Below are positions 46,757 through 57,339 of a stretch of 64,000 nt of DNA, piece after piece (positions within the stretch are counted from its first letter, which is position 1; each line of letters begins with the position of its first letter). The stretch comes from an uncultured Gammaproteobacteria bacterium. Lineage in GTDB: Bacteria > Patescibacteriota > Patescibacteriia > Magasanikbacterales > UBA922. Location: contig OZ246405.1 of assembly GCA_965231005.1 (NCBI GenBank), forward strand, positions 949,657 to 1,013,656, written 5' to 3'. Below the pieces are notes generated by a model, which worked only from the letters and a program-made list of their open reading frames with translations, was not told where the DNA came from and did no database searches. A program made the translations under genes and the position numbers.

Positions 46757-48538
46757 ATGAATATACGCAACTTCTGCATCATTGCCCACATAGACCATGG
46801 AAAATCCACACTTGCGGACAGATTTTTAGAATTAACTGGAACAGTCCAAAAACGAAACATGAAAGATCAACTCCTTGATCAAATGGAACTAGAACAAGAA
46901 CGTGGCATTACCATTAAACTCCAACCAGTTCGCATGAACTACAAAGGCCATGTTTTGAATTTAATTGATACCCCAGGCCATGTAGACTTTACATACGAAG
47001 TCTCCCGCTCACTTGCAGCAGTCGAAGGCGCAATATTATTGGTAGATGCAAGTCAGGGGGTGCAAGCACAAACAATTGGAAATTTATATTTAGCACTTGA
47101 TCAAGATTTAGAAATTATTCCAGTGCTGAATAAAATTGATCTGCCAAATGCAAATGTAGAAAAAGCAAGTGAAGAAATTATTCATTTGCTTGGTTGTAAA
47201 CGTGAAGACATTTTAACGTGTTCTGGAAAGACTGGAGAAAATGTAGATACTATTTTAGATGCAGTTATTGATAGGGTCTCCCCTCCTGAACAAAAAAGTG
47301 ACCAAACACGCGCACTTATTTTTGATTCTTTTTACGATGATTACCGCGGTGTGATTGCTTCTATTCGCATGGTCGAAGGAAGTTTTTCACAAGGAAAAAA
47401 AGTAACGTTCATGGGAACACAGTGTGATGCAGAAGTACTTGAAGTTGGACATTATGCACCAAAACTTACTGCAGACAAAGAATTAGAACAAGGGCAGATA
47501 GGATATCTTGTTACAGGATTGAAAGAACTCGGGCAGGTTCGTGTTGGTGATACAGTAACAACTATTGAAGGAGCTGCTGCAGAACCACTTCCAGGATATA
47601 AAGAAGTAAAACCAATGGTGTTTGCTGGAATCTTTCCAAAAGAAGGAGATGATTATAATGCACTTCGCGATGCAATGGATAAATTAAAACTTAGTGATTC
47701 AGCACTGACGTATGAACCAGAACATTCACAAGCACTTGGATTTGGTTTTCGCTGTGGGTTTCTTGGCATGCTTCACTTAGAAATTTTCCAAGAACGACTT
47801 GTCCGTGAATTTGGTTTACATATTATTACAACCGTTCCAAGTGTTGCATATCATGTATTTACAACAAAGGGTGAAGAACTAACAGTAAAAAGTCCACAAG
47901 ATCTTCCAGATCCACAATCAATTGAACATATAGAAGAACCATGGATGATTGTCGATATTATTACACCTGAATCATACATTGGAAATGTGATGGGACTTGT
48001 GTCAGAAAGAAAAGGAAGATACATGAATACAGAATATTTGAGCGGTGGAACAAAACAGCGTGCAATTTTGCATTATGAACTTCCACTTGCATCGATCATT
48101 ACTGACTTTTATGATAAACTCAAAACAGTTACCAGTGGGTATGCATCGCTCAATTATGAATTGAGACGATATGAAAAATCAGATGTTGTAAAATTAGATA
48201 TTTTAATTGCAGAAGAACCAGTTGAATCACTTTCTACACTTGTGTGGCGCGACGAAGCATTTCGTGTTGGAAAGAAAATTGTTCGTTCACTCAAAGAGAC
48301 TCTTCCAAAAAAGCAATTCGTTATTAAAATTCAAGCTGCTATTGGTGGAAAAATTGTTGCAGCAGAACGGCTCAGTGCTATGCGAAAAGATGTTACTGCA
48401 AAGTTGTATGGTGGAGATGTAACGCGAAAACGAAAACTGTTGGAAAAACAAAAGAAAGGAAAAAAGAAAATGATGGCAATGGGAAAAGGAAAAATAGATA
48501 TTCCTACAGAAGCGTATTTGGCAGTTCTGAAAAGATAA
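46757..48538 (+). CDS. lepA: elongation factor 4
   Basis: 'IRNFCIIAHIDHGKSTLADR', 'DTPGHVDF', 'NKIDLP', LepA C-terminal domain. Confidence 0.9.
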   Translation: MNIRNFCIIAHIDHGKSTLADRFLELTGTVQKRNMKDQLLDQMELEQERGITIKLQPVRMNYKGHVLNLIDTPGHVDFTYEVSRSLAAVEGAILLVDASQGVQAQTIGNLYLALDQDLEIIPVLNKIDLPNANVEKASEEIIHLLGCKREDILTCSGKTGENVDTILDAVIDRVSPPEQKSDQTRALIFDSFYDDYRGVIASIRMVEGSFSQGKKVTFMGTQCDAEVLEVGHYAPKLTADKELEQGQIGYLVTGLKELGQVRVGDTVTTIEGAAAEPLPGYKEVKPMVFAGIFPKEGDDYNALRDAMDKLKLSDSALTYEPEHSQALGFGFRCGFLGMLHLEIFQERLVREFGLHIITTVPSVAYHVFTTKGEELTVKSPQDLPDPQSIEHIEEPWMIVDIITPESYIGNVMGLVSERKGRYMNTEYLSGGTKQRAILHYELPLASIITDFYDKLKTVTSGYASLNYELRRYEKSDVVKLDILIAEEPVESLSTLVWRDEAFRVGKKIVRSLKETLPKKQFVIKIQAAIGGKIVAAERLSAMRKDVTAKLYGGDVTRKRKLLEKQKKGKKKMMAMGKGKIDIPTEAYLAVLKR

Positions 48539-48618
48539 ATACTCCTCCAGTTTCACTTTTGTTTAAAAAACAGCATTTTTCTTCATATTAATTGACAAAT
48601 AAATATAAACCAATCACT

Positions 48619-48726
48619 ATGTCACAAGGAAAGAGTAAAAAACTTAAAACACTGAAATTCATTATTGCCATCATTGGTATTGTTGGCATGATTTTCTTTA
48701 CAGTATTGCCAGCATTCTACTTCTAA
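48619..48726 (+). CDS. possible 35-aa hydrophobic micropeptide
   Basis: MSQGKSKKLKTLKFIIAIIGIVGMIFFTVLPAFYF, 3 nt upstream of next gene; below ORF-track cutoff. Confidence 0.25.
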   Translation: MSQGKSKKLKTLKFIIAIIGIVGMIFFTVLPAFYF

Positions 48727-48729
48727 ACT

Positions 48730-49317
48730 ATGCCGAGAAAAGCAATCGACATCGTTATCCTTCCACCAAAACATGTTATGGACATTGCAATTCAAATTGC
48801 AACAAAAGCATACGAACGTGGTGAAGAACCATATGTATTGAATGCAAAAGATAGAATTCCACACATCACACTCCTTATGGGCGTAACAGAAGACGATCAA
48901 TTCCCCCCTGTTGTTGAAAAGTTGGCTGATGTATTGAAAGAGATAAAGCAATTTCCTGTTAATATGACAAAACAAGAAAGACACATGCTTGTGGCAGATG
49001 CTGATGAACACATCCAATCTTTGCATGAAGCCATTGTGAAAGAGATTGATCCTATGCTATCGCATGATGCAACAGAAGATTGTTTTCAAGAAGAGCCAGG
49101 ATTTAACTTCGATGAAAAATCAACGTTCTGGGTAAATAAATATCCTGAAAACTCAGCCTTTGAAAAATTTAATCCCCACATAACAATAAAAAACAAACGA
49201 GTTGAAGATAGTAAAGAATTTTTACCATTTACATTCACTGCAGATACCATCGCAATAACACATATGGGAGATGCAGGCACATCAAGAGAAATATTAGCAA
49301 CATTCAAACTTCAATAA
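48730..49317 (+). CDS. 2H phosphoesterase superfamily protein (LigT-like 2'-5' RNA ligase/cyclic phosphodiesterase)
   Basis: two H-x-T-x motifs 'HITLL' and 'HITIK'. Confidence 0.6.
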   Translation: MPRKAIDIVILPPKHVMDIAIQIATKAYERGEEPYVLNAKDRIPHITLLMGVTEDDQFPPVVEKLADVLKEIKQFPVNMTKQERHMLVADADEHIQSLHEAIVKEIDPMLSHDATEDCFQEEPGFNFDEKSTFWVNKYPENSAFEKFNPHITIKNKRVEDSKEFLPFTFTADTIAITHMGDAGTSREILATFKLQ

Positions 49318-49318
49318 T

Positions 49319-49738
49319 ATGAAACGAAGAAGAAAACAAACACAAACAATCGATCCATTACATAAATACCAACTTGTTATTGTTCTTATGTTTATTTGCG
49401 GTTTTATTCTCCTATTCCCCTACTACGTCTTTTTACTGCAATACAAACTTGAAATTGCACAATGGCAATGGTATTTCCTTATTCCTTGGTCACTTATTTT
49501 TATTGTCTATGGATTGTATGCAAGATCAAAAATTCCACGACGTGCATTTTCAAATATAAAAAAACATCATATACTTCACTGGATTGTTCTTGGTTTATTA
49601 CTTTTATTATTCCAAATAAGTCTGCCAACAAATATGGAACGCATGTACGGATTAAATATTGTATTTTATATTTTTACTATATTTTTAGCAGATTCATATT
49701 GGGACATTAAACCACTAACATCCATAAAAAGACGATAG
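49319..49738 (+). CDS. small integral membrane protein
   Basis: 4 hydrophobic helices. Confidence 0.4.
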   Translation: MKRRRKQTQTIDPLHKYQLVIVLMFICGFILLFPYYVFLLQYKLEIAQWQWYFLIPWSLIFIVYGLYARSKIPRRAFSNIKKHHILHWIVLGLLLLLFQISLPTNMERMYGLNIVFYIFTIFLADSYWDIKPLTSIKRR

Positions 49739-49739
49739 C

Positions 49740-51515
49740 ATGAGTATTGAAAAGAAATGGGTGGTGCTGCCTGAACCTCCAGAATCATTTTACAAACAAT
49801 ATCCAGAACTGCCACCAACCGTGGCTTATTTGTTGTATCACAGAAATGTGCGTACACAAGAACAAATTGATGAATTTCTCAGTCCAGATTATTCACAACA
49901 CATTCATGATCCATTTCTATTTAAAGATATGGAAAAAGCAGTACAAAGAATATTTACTGCGATTGAGAACAATGAAAAGATTACGATTCATGGAGATTAT
50001 GATGCAGATGGTGTTTCTGGTGCAGTGATTCTTACATCACTTTTGCACGCGTTTGAATATACAAATTTTGATGTGTTTCTCCCCCACCGTGAAACAGATG
50101 GATACGGACTAAACACAAACACCATGCAAATGCTACATGGACAAGGAACAAAACTTATTATTAGTTGTGACTGTGGGATTAGTAATAAAAAAGAAGTTGA
50201 ACTTGCAAATGAATTTGGCATGGATGTTATTATTACAGATCATCACACAGTGCCAGAAGAACTTCCACCGGCATTTGCGATTATCCATCCAAAAGTAGAC
50301 GGAGAAACATATCCAGATCTTAATCTGGCTGGTGGTGGTGTTGCATTTAAACTGCTTCAAGGAGTGCTCAGAAAACATAAAGAAACAAATGAACTGCTTC
50401 CAAATGGAGATAAACACGAGGCGTTTGAAAAATGGCAACTTGATATGGTTGTGATTGCAACAGTTGCAGACATGGTTCCACTTATTGGTGAATCAAGAAC
50501 ATTGGCAAAATTTGGACTTATTGTTTTAAATAAGACAAAACGGATTGGACTGCAAAAACTATTGCTTGAATCACGACTGATGAATGATGATGGCAGTATG
50601 AAGCAAAAACTTGATGCAAAAAGTATTGGATTTCGTATTGCACCACGAATTAATGCAGCAGGAAGAATGAATCATGCAAATGTTGCATACAATCTGTTGT
50701 CTACAAATCATCCAATAGAAGCAGTTGATCTTGCATTTCAACTTGATCAAAATAATAAAGAACGACAAAAACTTACAGAAAATCTTGTTTCTCAAGCTGA
50801 AAAGCAAATTACTGATGCACCATTTATCTTTGTCTTAGGAGAAGATTGGCCAACTGGTGTTATTGGTCTTATTGCAAGCAGAATAAAAGAAAAATATCAA
50901 AAACCAACTATTGTTATGTCACGCACAAACGGTGAAGTTGTTGGATCAGGAAGAAGTGTTTCTGCTTTTAATATGATCGAAACACTTCAAGGCATGCCAG
51001 AATTTTTTACAAAATATGGTGGCCACCCTATGGCATGTGGATTTACCCTTGCAAAAACATCTTCTGCAGATGTTGAAACATTTAAACAAACACTGACTGA
51101 CAAATTTGTAGAGGCTACAAAAGATGCTGACCTTTCTCCAATACTTTCTATTGATACAGAAATAACACTCGAAGATGTTACCTGGGAACTGTATGATACG
51201 CTGAGTAAATTTGAACCATTTGGCCAAAAAAATCCATCACCAAAATTTCTTGCAAAGGGAGTAACCGTTGTAGCAATTGAACCTGTTGGAAAAGATGGAA
51301 AACATGGTAGAATAATGGTAAAGCATAAAACACCGCGAATACGAAAAACCATTGGATGGCATCTTTGTAACACTAAAAATGGAAATACAAACTGGTGTAG
51401 TACACTCAAACCTGGAGATTTAATTGACTTAGTATTTGAAATTTCAATAAATGAATGGAATGGAAATAGAGAATTACAAATGACTATTTCTGACTTAAGA
51501 AAAACAGAAGCTTAA
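49740..51515 (+). CDS. recJ: single-stranded-DNA-specific exonuclease RecJ
   Basis: DHH motifs 'HGDYDADGVSG', 'ITDHH', DHHA1 'GGH'. Confidence 0.85.
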   Translation: MSIEKKWVVLPEPPESFYKQYPELPPTVAYLLYHRNVRTQEQIDEFLSPDYSQHIHDPFLFKDMEKAVQRIFTAIENNEKITIHGDYDADGVSGAVILTSLLHAFEYTNFDVFLPHRETDGYGLNTNTMQMLHGQGTKLIISCDCGISNKKEVELANEFGMDVIITDHHTVPEELPPAFAIIHPKVDGETYPDLNLAGGGVAFKLLQGVLRKHKETNELLPNGDKHEAFEKWQLDMVVIATVADMVPLIGESRTLAKFGLIVLNKTKRIGLQKLLLESRLMNDDGSMKQKLDAKSIGFRIAPRINAAGRMNHANVAYNLLSTNHPIEAVDLAFQLDQNNKERQKLTENLVSQAEKQITDAPFIFVLGEDWPTGVIGLIASRIKEKYQKPTIVMSRTNGEVVGSGRSVSAFNMIETLQGMPEFFTKYGGHPMACGFTLAKTSSADVETFKQTLTDKFVEATKDADLSPILSIDTEITLEDVTWELYDTLSKFEPFGQKNPSPKFLAKGVTVVAIEPVGKDGKHGRIMVKHKTPRIRKTIGWHLCNTKNGNTNWCSTLKPGDLIDLVFEISINEWNGNRELQMTISDLRKTEA

Positions 51516-51516
51516 T

Positions 51517-51915
51517 ATGAAACTTTTTATTTATACAGATGGTGGATCACGAGGAAATCCTGGTCCTGCAGCACTTGGTGTTGTTATTAAAGATGAAAGC
51601 GAAAAAATCGTTGCTGCGTACGGAGAATCACTTGGAACACAAACAAATAATTTTGCAGAATATTCTGCTGTTATTTCTGGATTAAAAAAAGCACATGAAC
51701 TTGGTGCAACTGAGATTGAATGTATTTCTGATAGTAAACTTGTTGTAGAGCAATTAAATACAAACTGGAAAGTAAAAGAAAAAACATTGCAAGGATTATT
51801 TGTAAAGGCATGGAATGAATTGCAAAAATTCAAATCGTACAAGATTGCACATGTGCTTCGTGAATATAATCAAGAAGCAGATGCAGAAGTAAATAAGGTG
51901 CTTGATGAGCTGTAA
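51517..51915 (+). CDS. ribonuclease HI-like protein
   Basis: 'YTDGGSRGNPGPAALGVVI', 'NNFAEYSAVISGL', 'SDSKLVV', 'HVLREYNQEAD' (DEDD catalytic pattern). Confidence 0.7.
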   Translation: MKLFIYTDGGSRGNPGPAALGVVIKDESEKIVAAYGESLGTQTNNFAEYSAVISGLKKAHELGATEIECISDSKLVVEQLNTNWKVKEKTLQGLFVKAWNELQKFKSYKIAHVLREYNQEADAEVNKVLDEL

Positions 51916-51924
51916 CATTTTCAA

Positions 51925-52614
51925 ATGAACAAAAATATTGACACAATTGTAAAAAAACTTAGAACAATTCCTTTTTGTGAAGGTATTATTTATTCAGGAA
52001 GTAGATTTGATGGAGATCATTTAAAAAGTAGTGATTACGACTTTGTTGTGCTCATTAAAAAAGGAACATCTTATTTTAGGATATTCCGGTATAAAAATTT
52101 TCTTATTGATATATCTTGTTCAACAGCTCAAGTACTTAGCAAAGAAGACATTGTTCGTGAAAAAATTGGCAATTCTGAGCTTCATATTTTAGCGCATGGA
52201 GAAATTTTGTTCGATACTGCAAACAAAATGAAAAAACTGCAACAAAAAGCAAAACGGATATGGAAGCTTGGACCCAAAAAATATACAAAAAATGATCTGA
52301 AAGAGGCCGGATATCTTTGTTTTAACAGTCTTCACAAACTTTCAAAGCAAAACGCTGAGTTGTCACATAGTTCTTGGAATCAAATCATGGCAAAAATAAC
52401 AAAACTTTTTTTTGAAATTCATAGTGAATGGATGCCCAAAGATTCTCTTCGTGAGAAAAAAATAAAAGAAATTGATAAGAAATTTTATTCGCTTTATGAA
52501 AAAGCATACACATCCAGCAGCAAAGAGAGAATAAAAAATACAAAGATGCTTATTAAGCACCTTGTAAAAAAATTTAAACTTCCTCAGACAGGAGAATCTT
52601 ATTCCCCTCGATAA
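51925..52614 (+). CDS. nucleotidyltransferase-domain protein (minimal NTase fold)
   Basis: 'IIYSGSRFDGDHLKSSDYDFVV' GS...D.D motif. Confidence 0.4.
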   Translation: MNKNIDTIVKKLRTIPFCEGIIYSGSRFDGDHLKSSDYDFVVLIKKGTSYFRIFRYKNFLIDISCSTAQVLSKEDIVREKIGNSELHILAHGEILFDTANKMKKLQQKAKRIWKLGPKKYTKNDLKEAGYLCFNSLHKLSKQNAELSHSSWNQIMAKITKLFFEIHSEWMPKDSLREKKIKEIDKKFYSLYEKAYTSSSKERIKNTKMLIKHLVKKFKLPQTGESYSPR

Positions 52615-53301
52615 CTATAAATCATGTTTTCTCATGACTACCTCTTTAGCACTTTCATATTTTTGAACCTTCCCTCGAATCCATGGTAACCACTTCCATG
52701 GTTTTTTATATGCAAAACTTGGAAGCCATGAACTCATCCCCTCATTGTGAGGAGTGACAGTAAAGAGATATTCATCCACCCAAACCCCTTTTTTGCCTTG
52801 TTTTAGCATTGTAAGCCATAAATCCCAGTCTTGGAACCTCTTTAGCGTCTCATCCCATAAAACCGCCTTAGAACGCCGAATTAGGCTTGTGGAGTGGATG
52901 TAATTGTTCTTTTTTAGTGCATCTGGGCTAAATTCCTGTGCTGGCATCTTATGAGTACCAAATGACATATTTGAGTATGCATAACTAGCCTCAGGATGCT
53001 GCTGCAGAGCAGAAAATAACTTTTGAAGAAAACTTGGTTTTGCAATTACATCTGCATCCCAAAAAATAACATACTCCCCTTTTGCTGCTTGTAATCCTTT
53101 ATTTCTCGCAGCAGGCGCCCCACTATTTTTTTGTGTAAGAAGATGATACTCATCACTGTGCTCAATGGGAACATCACTTCCATCATCAACAACAATAATT
53201 TCTCTGTTTTTATACGTTTGAGCAGTAATAGAATCCAGTGCATGTTTCAAAGCCTCTGCATGATTGTATACTGGAACAACAATACTAATGAGCGGCTGCA
53301 T
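52615..53301 (-). CDS. family 2 glycosyltransferase
   Basis: 'ISIVVPVYN', 'IIVVDDGSD', DxD. Confidence 0.75.
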   Translation of the reverse strand: MQPLISIVVPVYNHAEALKHALDSITAQTYKNREIIVVDDGSDVPIEHSDEYHLLTQKNSGAPAARNKGLQAAKGEYVIFWDADVIAKPSFLQKLFSALQQHPEASYAYSNMSFGTHKMPAQEFSPDALKKNNYIHSTSLIRRSKAVLWDETLKRFQDWDLWLTMLKQGKKGVWVDEYLFTVTPHNEGMSSWLPSFAYKKPWKWLPWIRGKVQKYESAKEVVMRKHDL

Positions 53302-54391
53302 ATACTTTTTTTAAATGAAGTACAACTGGGAATGAAATATGTAGCAAGCCAAGCAGGACAAATACATATTTTTCTAAATCATAAAATAGCAAGAGTGCAA
53401 CAAATACTAATAAAATAACTCTACCAATATTTAAATACACTTCTCTTGAAATCCACGTGATTGGTTTTTTTTCTTTTTTATCTTGAATAATATTTGACCG
53501 AATTGGTTCTACAAGAACAGTGAGTGCTTGAAGAATAACTGCAAGAACCATAAACCAGAAAAATGTATTTACAAAATAAAATAGTCCTGTCACTATTCCT
53601 GCTGCAATAGAAAGTGGCCAAATAAATATTGTGCGTTTTTTTCTTTTGTCAGAAAATTTTGCCATTTCAAATGCAAAAAATAATGCAACAAGACTAATCA
53701 AAGATAAGAACAAACCATAATCAGTTTCTGTCTGAATATATTTCAAAGAAAATACTGGAATAATAACAAACTTTACTTTGTGAAGTGCACCATCAATTAA
53801 ATTTACTGTGCGCAATCCTTTTAAGTATTGAAGACTTTGTTTAAGCGTGTATCGATATTCTTCGCTTTTAATAAATCTTGTAAGGTAGAGTGCAAATGCA
53901 ACAATTAAAAGTGAAACAATCAAAAATACGTTCAGACCAAACCCAGCAAAAATGTATGCACCAACTATTGGACCTACAACAGCTGTAACAATGGAAACAC
54001 CCCAATACCATGTCATTTCTTGTAAATGCTTATCTTTGTTTGCATCTTTGAAAAAGAGAATATTGTATGGTGTGTAAAAAATAATTGTTCCTAAGAAATC
54101 TACGACAAAATAAATGTACAAAATAATGTGTACATCTATGCTTGTAAAGAAAAGAAGCATGCTTGCTGCTAGCAGAAGAAACGACGTTACAATGCTTTTC
54201 CTGGAATGAAAATATCCTCGAAACAACAGATATATAATTACAACAAGGACAGACACTGCTTTTGCAAGAATAAGTTCGGCAAAACTGATACTTTCTTTTA
54301 CAAAATACAAATATAGAAGGACTGCAAATCCATGATGAAAAAATGTGTTCAAACCCTGAATCCACCAAATTCTAAAATGCTTTTTCAACAT
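53285..54391 (-). CDS. polytopic membrane protein (MFS-like, ~12 TM)
   Basis: hydrophobicity profile only. Confidence 0.45.
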   Translation of the reverse strand: MLKKHFRIWWIQGLNTFFHHGFAVLLYLYFVKESISFAELILAKAVSVLVVIIYLLFRGYFHSRKSIVTSFLLLAASMLLFFTSIDVHIILYIYFVVDFLGTIIFYTPYNILFFKDANKDKHLQEMTWYWGVSIVTAVVGPIVGAYIFAGFGLNVFLIVSLLIVAFALYLTRFIKSEEYRYTLKQSLQYLKGLRTVNLIDGALHKVKFVIIPVFSLKYIQTETDYGLFLSLISLVALFFAFEMAKFSDKRKKRTIFIWPLSIAAGIVTGLFYFVNTFFWFMVLAVILQALTVLVEPIRSNIIQDKKEKKPITWISREVYLNIGRVILLVFVALLLFYDLEKYVFVLLGLLHISFPVVLHLKKVYAAAH

Positions 54392-54530
54392 ACTAGTTAT
54401 TAGCTATTAGTTATTAGACTACATCAACGTCCATCTTAATCTCAAAATATTATTATATTAACATCTTTCTGTTTAAAAAAATTTCTATACTAAGCTAATA
54501 ACTATTATCTATTAACTAGTAACTATTAAT
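54392..54530. repeat. stop-codon-rich palindromic intergenic element (same family)
   Basis: arms tactagttattagctattagttattagact / taagctaataactattatctattaactagtaactattaat; abuts start codon of one gene and stop of the next. Confidence 0.5.
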
Positions 54531-55671
54531 TCTGTATCCATTTATCCAAGACTTTTATCTGATTCTCCCAAACAAACGTGGATTTAATGCGTTCTTGTCC
54601 TGCTTGACCAAGGCGCTGTGCAAAATCTTTATTGTTTAATATTTGGACTACTGCCTCCCCTGCTGCAGGAAGGTTTTGGTAAATATCAATCACAAGTCCT
54701 GTTTGTGCATGCAATACTGCTTCTACCACCCCACCGCTTCTTCCTGCTACAACTGGAAGACCACACGCTGCAGCCTCTAAAAATACCAAACCGAGTCCCT
54801 CTTCTTTTCCATCGTCTGGATGAGTAAACAAGGCAAACACATCTGCAAGATAATAATATTTTTTAATTTCTTCATGTGGAATCATCCCAACATACCGGAC
54901 AACATTTTGTAGATTATATTTGTGAATTTCTTCATACATTTCATCACGTTTTTCACCGTCACCAATAATAACCCACACCAAATGAGGAGATTTTTCTAAA
55001 ATTTTTGGCAAAATTCGAACCATGTGTGGAAATCCTTTTCCCTCTGCAATCCGCCCAATAGAAAGAATAACTTGCTTTCCTTCGAGTGCTAGTTCATCAC
55101 GAAGTTTTTGAATATCTGCTTCTGGCGCAGGAATAAAAAAGTCAGCGTCTGGACATGGATACATCACAGTACTTACTTCTTGAAACTGTGGAAGCACACG
55201 CAGCAATCGCTGTTTTAAATTATTACTATTAAAAATAACTTGTTCACTTTTTTTCACAACCATAGTTGCCATTTTTTTCTTCCACCCTGTTCTTGTAGCA
55301 GCAACAATGTCTGTTCCATGAGAAAAAATAAGATATGGTACACCTAAAAACTTTTTCATGAGCAATCCAATGTACCCAACAGGAAGCACATGATGAAGCA
55401 TAATAAGTTCAATACCATGCTGCTTTACAATCTTTCGAACAATGAAAAAGATTTTTAACCACCGAGGCCAAATAAATTTTGGATAAAATAAATTTTTTCG
55501 AATTATTGTATAGCCAACATTTGCAGCATCCCATTCTTTATCTTCTTTCATTGCTGGTGCAAGCATGACTGTTTTTGCAGGATCAAGGGCCTGAGCAAGT
55601 TGATGACAAAACGTTGCAATTCCACCAATCTGTGGTGGATATTCAAGCGTAATAATAAGTGTTTTTTTCAT
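54526..55671 (-). CDS. family 4 glycosyltransferase
   Basis: 'GGIATFCHQLAQAL', 'EGLGLVFLEAAACGLPVVAGRSGG' (E-x7-E). Confidence 0.75.
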   Translation of the reverse strand: MKKTLIITLEYPPQIGGIATFCHQLAQALDPAKTVMLAPAMKEDKEWDAANVGYTIIRKNLFYPKFIWPRWLKIFFIVRKIVKQHGIELIMLHHVLPVGYIGLLMKKFLGVPYLIFSHGTDIVAATRTGWKKKMATMVVKKSEQVIFNSNNLKQRLLRVLPQFQEVSTVMYPCPDADFFIPAPEADIQKLRDELALEGKQVILSIGRIAEGKGFPHMVRILPKILEKSPHLVWVIIGDGEKRDEMYEEIHKYNLQNVVRYVGMIPHEEIKKYYYLADVFALFTHPDDGKEEGLGLVFLEAAACGLPVVAGRSGGVVEAVLHAQTGLVIDIYQNLPAAGEAVVQILNNKDFAQRLGQAGQERIKSTFVWENQIKVLDKWIQN

Positions 55672-55714
55672 AAAGATGTTGTTGGATATATTTTATCATC
55701 AACACAGGAGTGCA

Positions 55715-57145
55715 TCAACGAGAAATAAGTGTTCTTGCCTCGAGAAGCTGTGCTTTTGTAATCGCTCTTGTTACAAAAAGCATTATTGGGTACACAAGCA
55801 CACCTACGGCAATAGCAAGAGTAAAATGCGTATAACTATTTACAAATGCAACAATAATACCCATGACTGCTGCTGCTATCCCTATTTGCATAATACTTTT
55901 TACCATAAATGTATGAGATACCGTTGTAATTTTTGACACAAAGAAATATCCAAGTACGGTCAAGAGTGCATTACCAATAAATGCGGCAACGGCTGAACCA
56001 ATAATGCCGTGCTGAGGAATAAGAAGAATATTTAATACAATATTTGCGACCATGACAACACCAACAATTACTGTTTGTGTTACTTGTTTATTGCATGCAT
56101 TTAAAAAAGCTCCAATTGGAAAACTGATGTATGAAAATATAAGACTAAATATCAATATTTGTAGTGGCAATATTGATGCTGTGTACTGAGTAGTATACAG
56201 CGTTATAATAATATCTTGTGCAAGTACAGCAATACCAACAGCAATGGGAAATGCAATAAGAAGAAGATACTTCATTCCCTGTTCAAACACATATGCAAGT
56301 TTCTTTTTATTATGTGCAAAAAACTCACTAAAGCGAGGATACAGTGCAGCAACAAGTGCCAGTGGAATAAATTGAAACGCGTATGTTATTTTGTATGGAA
56401 TACTATAAAAACCTACTGCAACTTCGCCTAACATTTTTTTCAAGAGAATAGTATCTATGTACGAATATACACGTGCAAAAATTGCAGCAATAGCAAATGG
56501 AATAGCAATTCTTCCTAAATGAATAAATGTGAGTTTATCAAATACTGGACGCAAAGAAAAATGATATTTCTTTGAAATAATTATTGATACATAACAGACA
56601 TTGAGAAAACTTGGAATAGTAAAGGCAAGAATAAGAAAAACAAGTGGAAGTTTTAAAAACAAAAAAACACTTCCAAGTACAAGTGTTAAAAATTGGCTTA
56701 CTGTAATACTAATTGCTTCATACTTTAAATCACCAATTGCACGAAGAATGCCATACATGGTGAGATGAAGAGAATCAAAGAGCATGGTTATTGCAGATAC
56801 ATATACCAGCTGTCTAATTTCTTTTGTCTCCCCCATCATGTGTATGACAATAATAACTGCAATATATGAAAGTGCACCAAGCAATATTTTTACAGAAAGA
56901 ACCGTAGAAAAAAACGTTTGCATTTTTTCTTTTGCCTTTGCTGCTTCTCGAACAAGGACATTGGTAAGACCTAAATCAACAAACACAACAAAGACAGTAG
57001 TAAATGACAGTGCAAAAAAGTACTTTCCAGTCCCTTCTACACCAACCATACGGGCGATCATTGTAAAATACACAAAAGAAATAATCTTCTGCCCAATAGA
57101 AGCTGCAGTCATAAATGCAGTATTTTTTGCGATTGATGTAGACAT
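55715..57145 (-). CDS. Wzx-like oligosaccharide flippase (MOP/polysaccharide biosynthesis protein)
   Basis: 14-TM, N-terminal 'IISFVYFTMIARMVGVEGTGKYFFA' PST-family pattern. Confidence 0.7.
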   Translation of the reverse strand: MSTSIAKNTAFMTAASIGQKIISFVYFTMIARMVGVEGTGKYFFALSFTTVFVVFVDLGLTNVLVREAAKAKEKMQTFFSTVLSVKILLGALSYIAVIIVIHMMGETKEIRQLVYVSAITMLFDSLHLTMYGILRAIGDLKYEAISITVSQFLTLVLGSVFLFLKLPLVFLILAFTIPSFLNVCYVSIIISKKYHFSLRPVFDKLTFIHLGRIAIPFAIAAIFARVYSYIDTILLKKMLGEVAVGFYSIPYKITYAFQFIPLALVAALYPRFSEFFAHNKKKLAYVFEQGMKYLLLIAFPIAVGIAVLAQDIIITLYTTQYTASILPLQILIFSLIFSYISFPIGAFLNACNKQVTQTVIVGVVMVANIVLNILLIPQHGIIGSAVAAFIGNALLTVLGYFFVSKITTVSHTFMVKSIMQIGIAAAVMGIIVAFVNSYTHFTLAIAVGVLVYPIMLFVTRAITKAQLLEARTLISR

Positions 57146-57188
57146 AATGTCTTTATTTTACGCTCATTTGAGTGAAAAAACAAGCTCT

Positions 57189-57272
57189 CTACTAGCTAAT
57201 AGTTATTAGTTAATATCTATTAGTAAAAATGTATTACCAACTAATCTAATAACTAGTAACTAATAACTAATC
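57189..57272. repeat. stop-codon-rich palindromic intergenic element (same family)
   Basis: ctactagctaatagttattagttaatatctattag / ctaatctaataactagtaactaataactaatc. Confidence 0.5.
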
Positions 57273-57339
57273 ATTCAAAAAGTGATAAGCAACATAATTA
57301 AAAAAATCCTACAAAGTAGGACTTTCTTATTAATATATT

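Noticed and set aside
48622-49026. 134-aa minus-strand ORF overlapping the LigT-like gene
   Set aside because: Antisense to an ORF with two H-x-T-x catalytic motifs; Cys/Phe-rich low-complexity translation.
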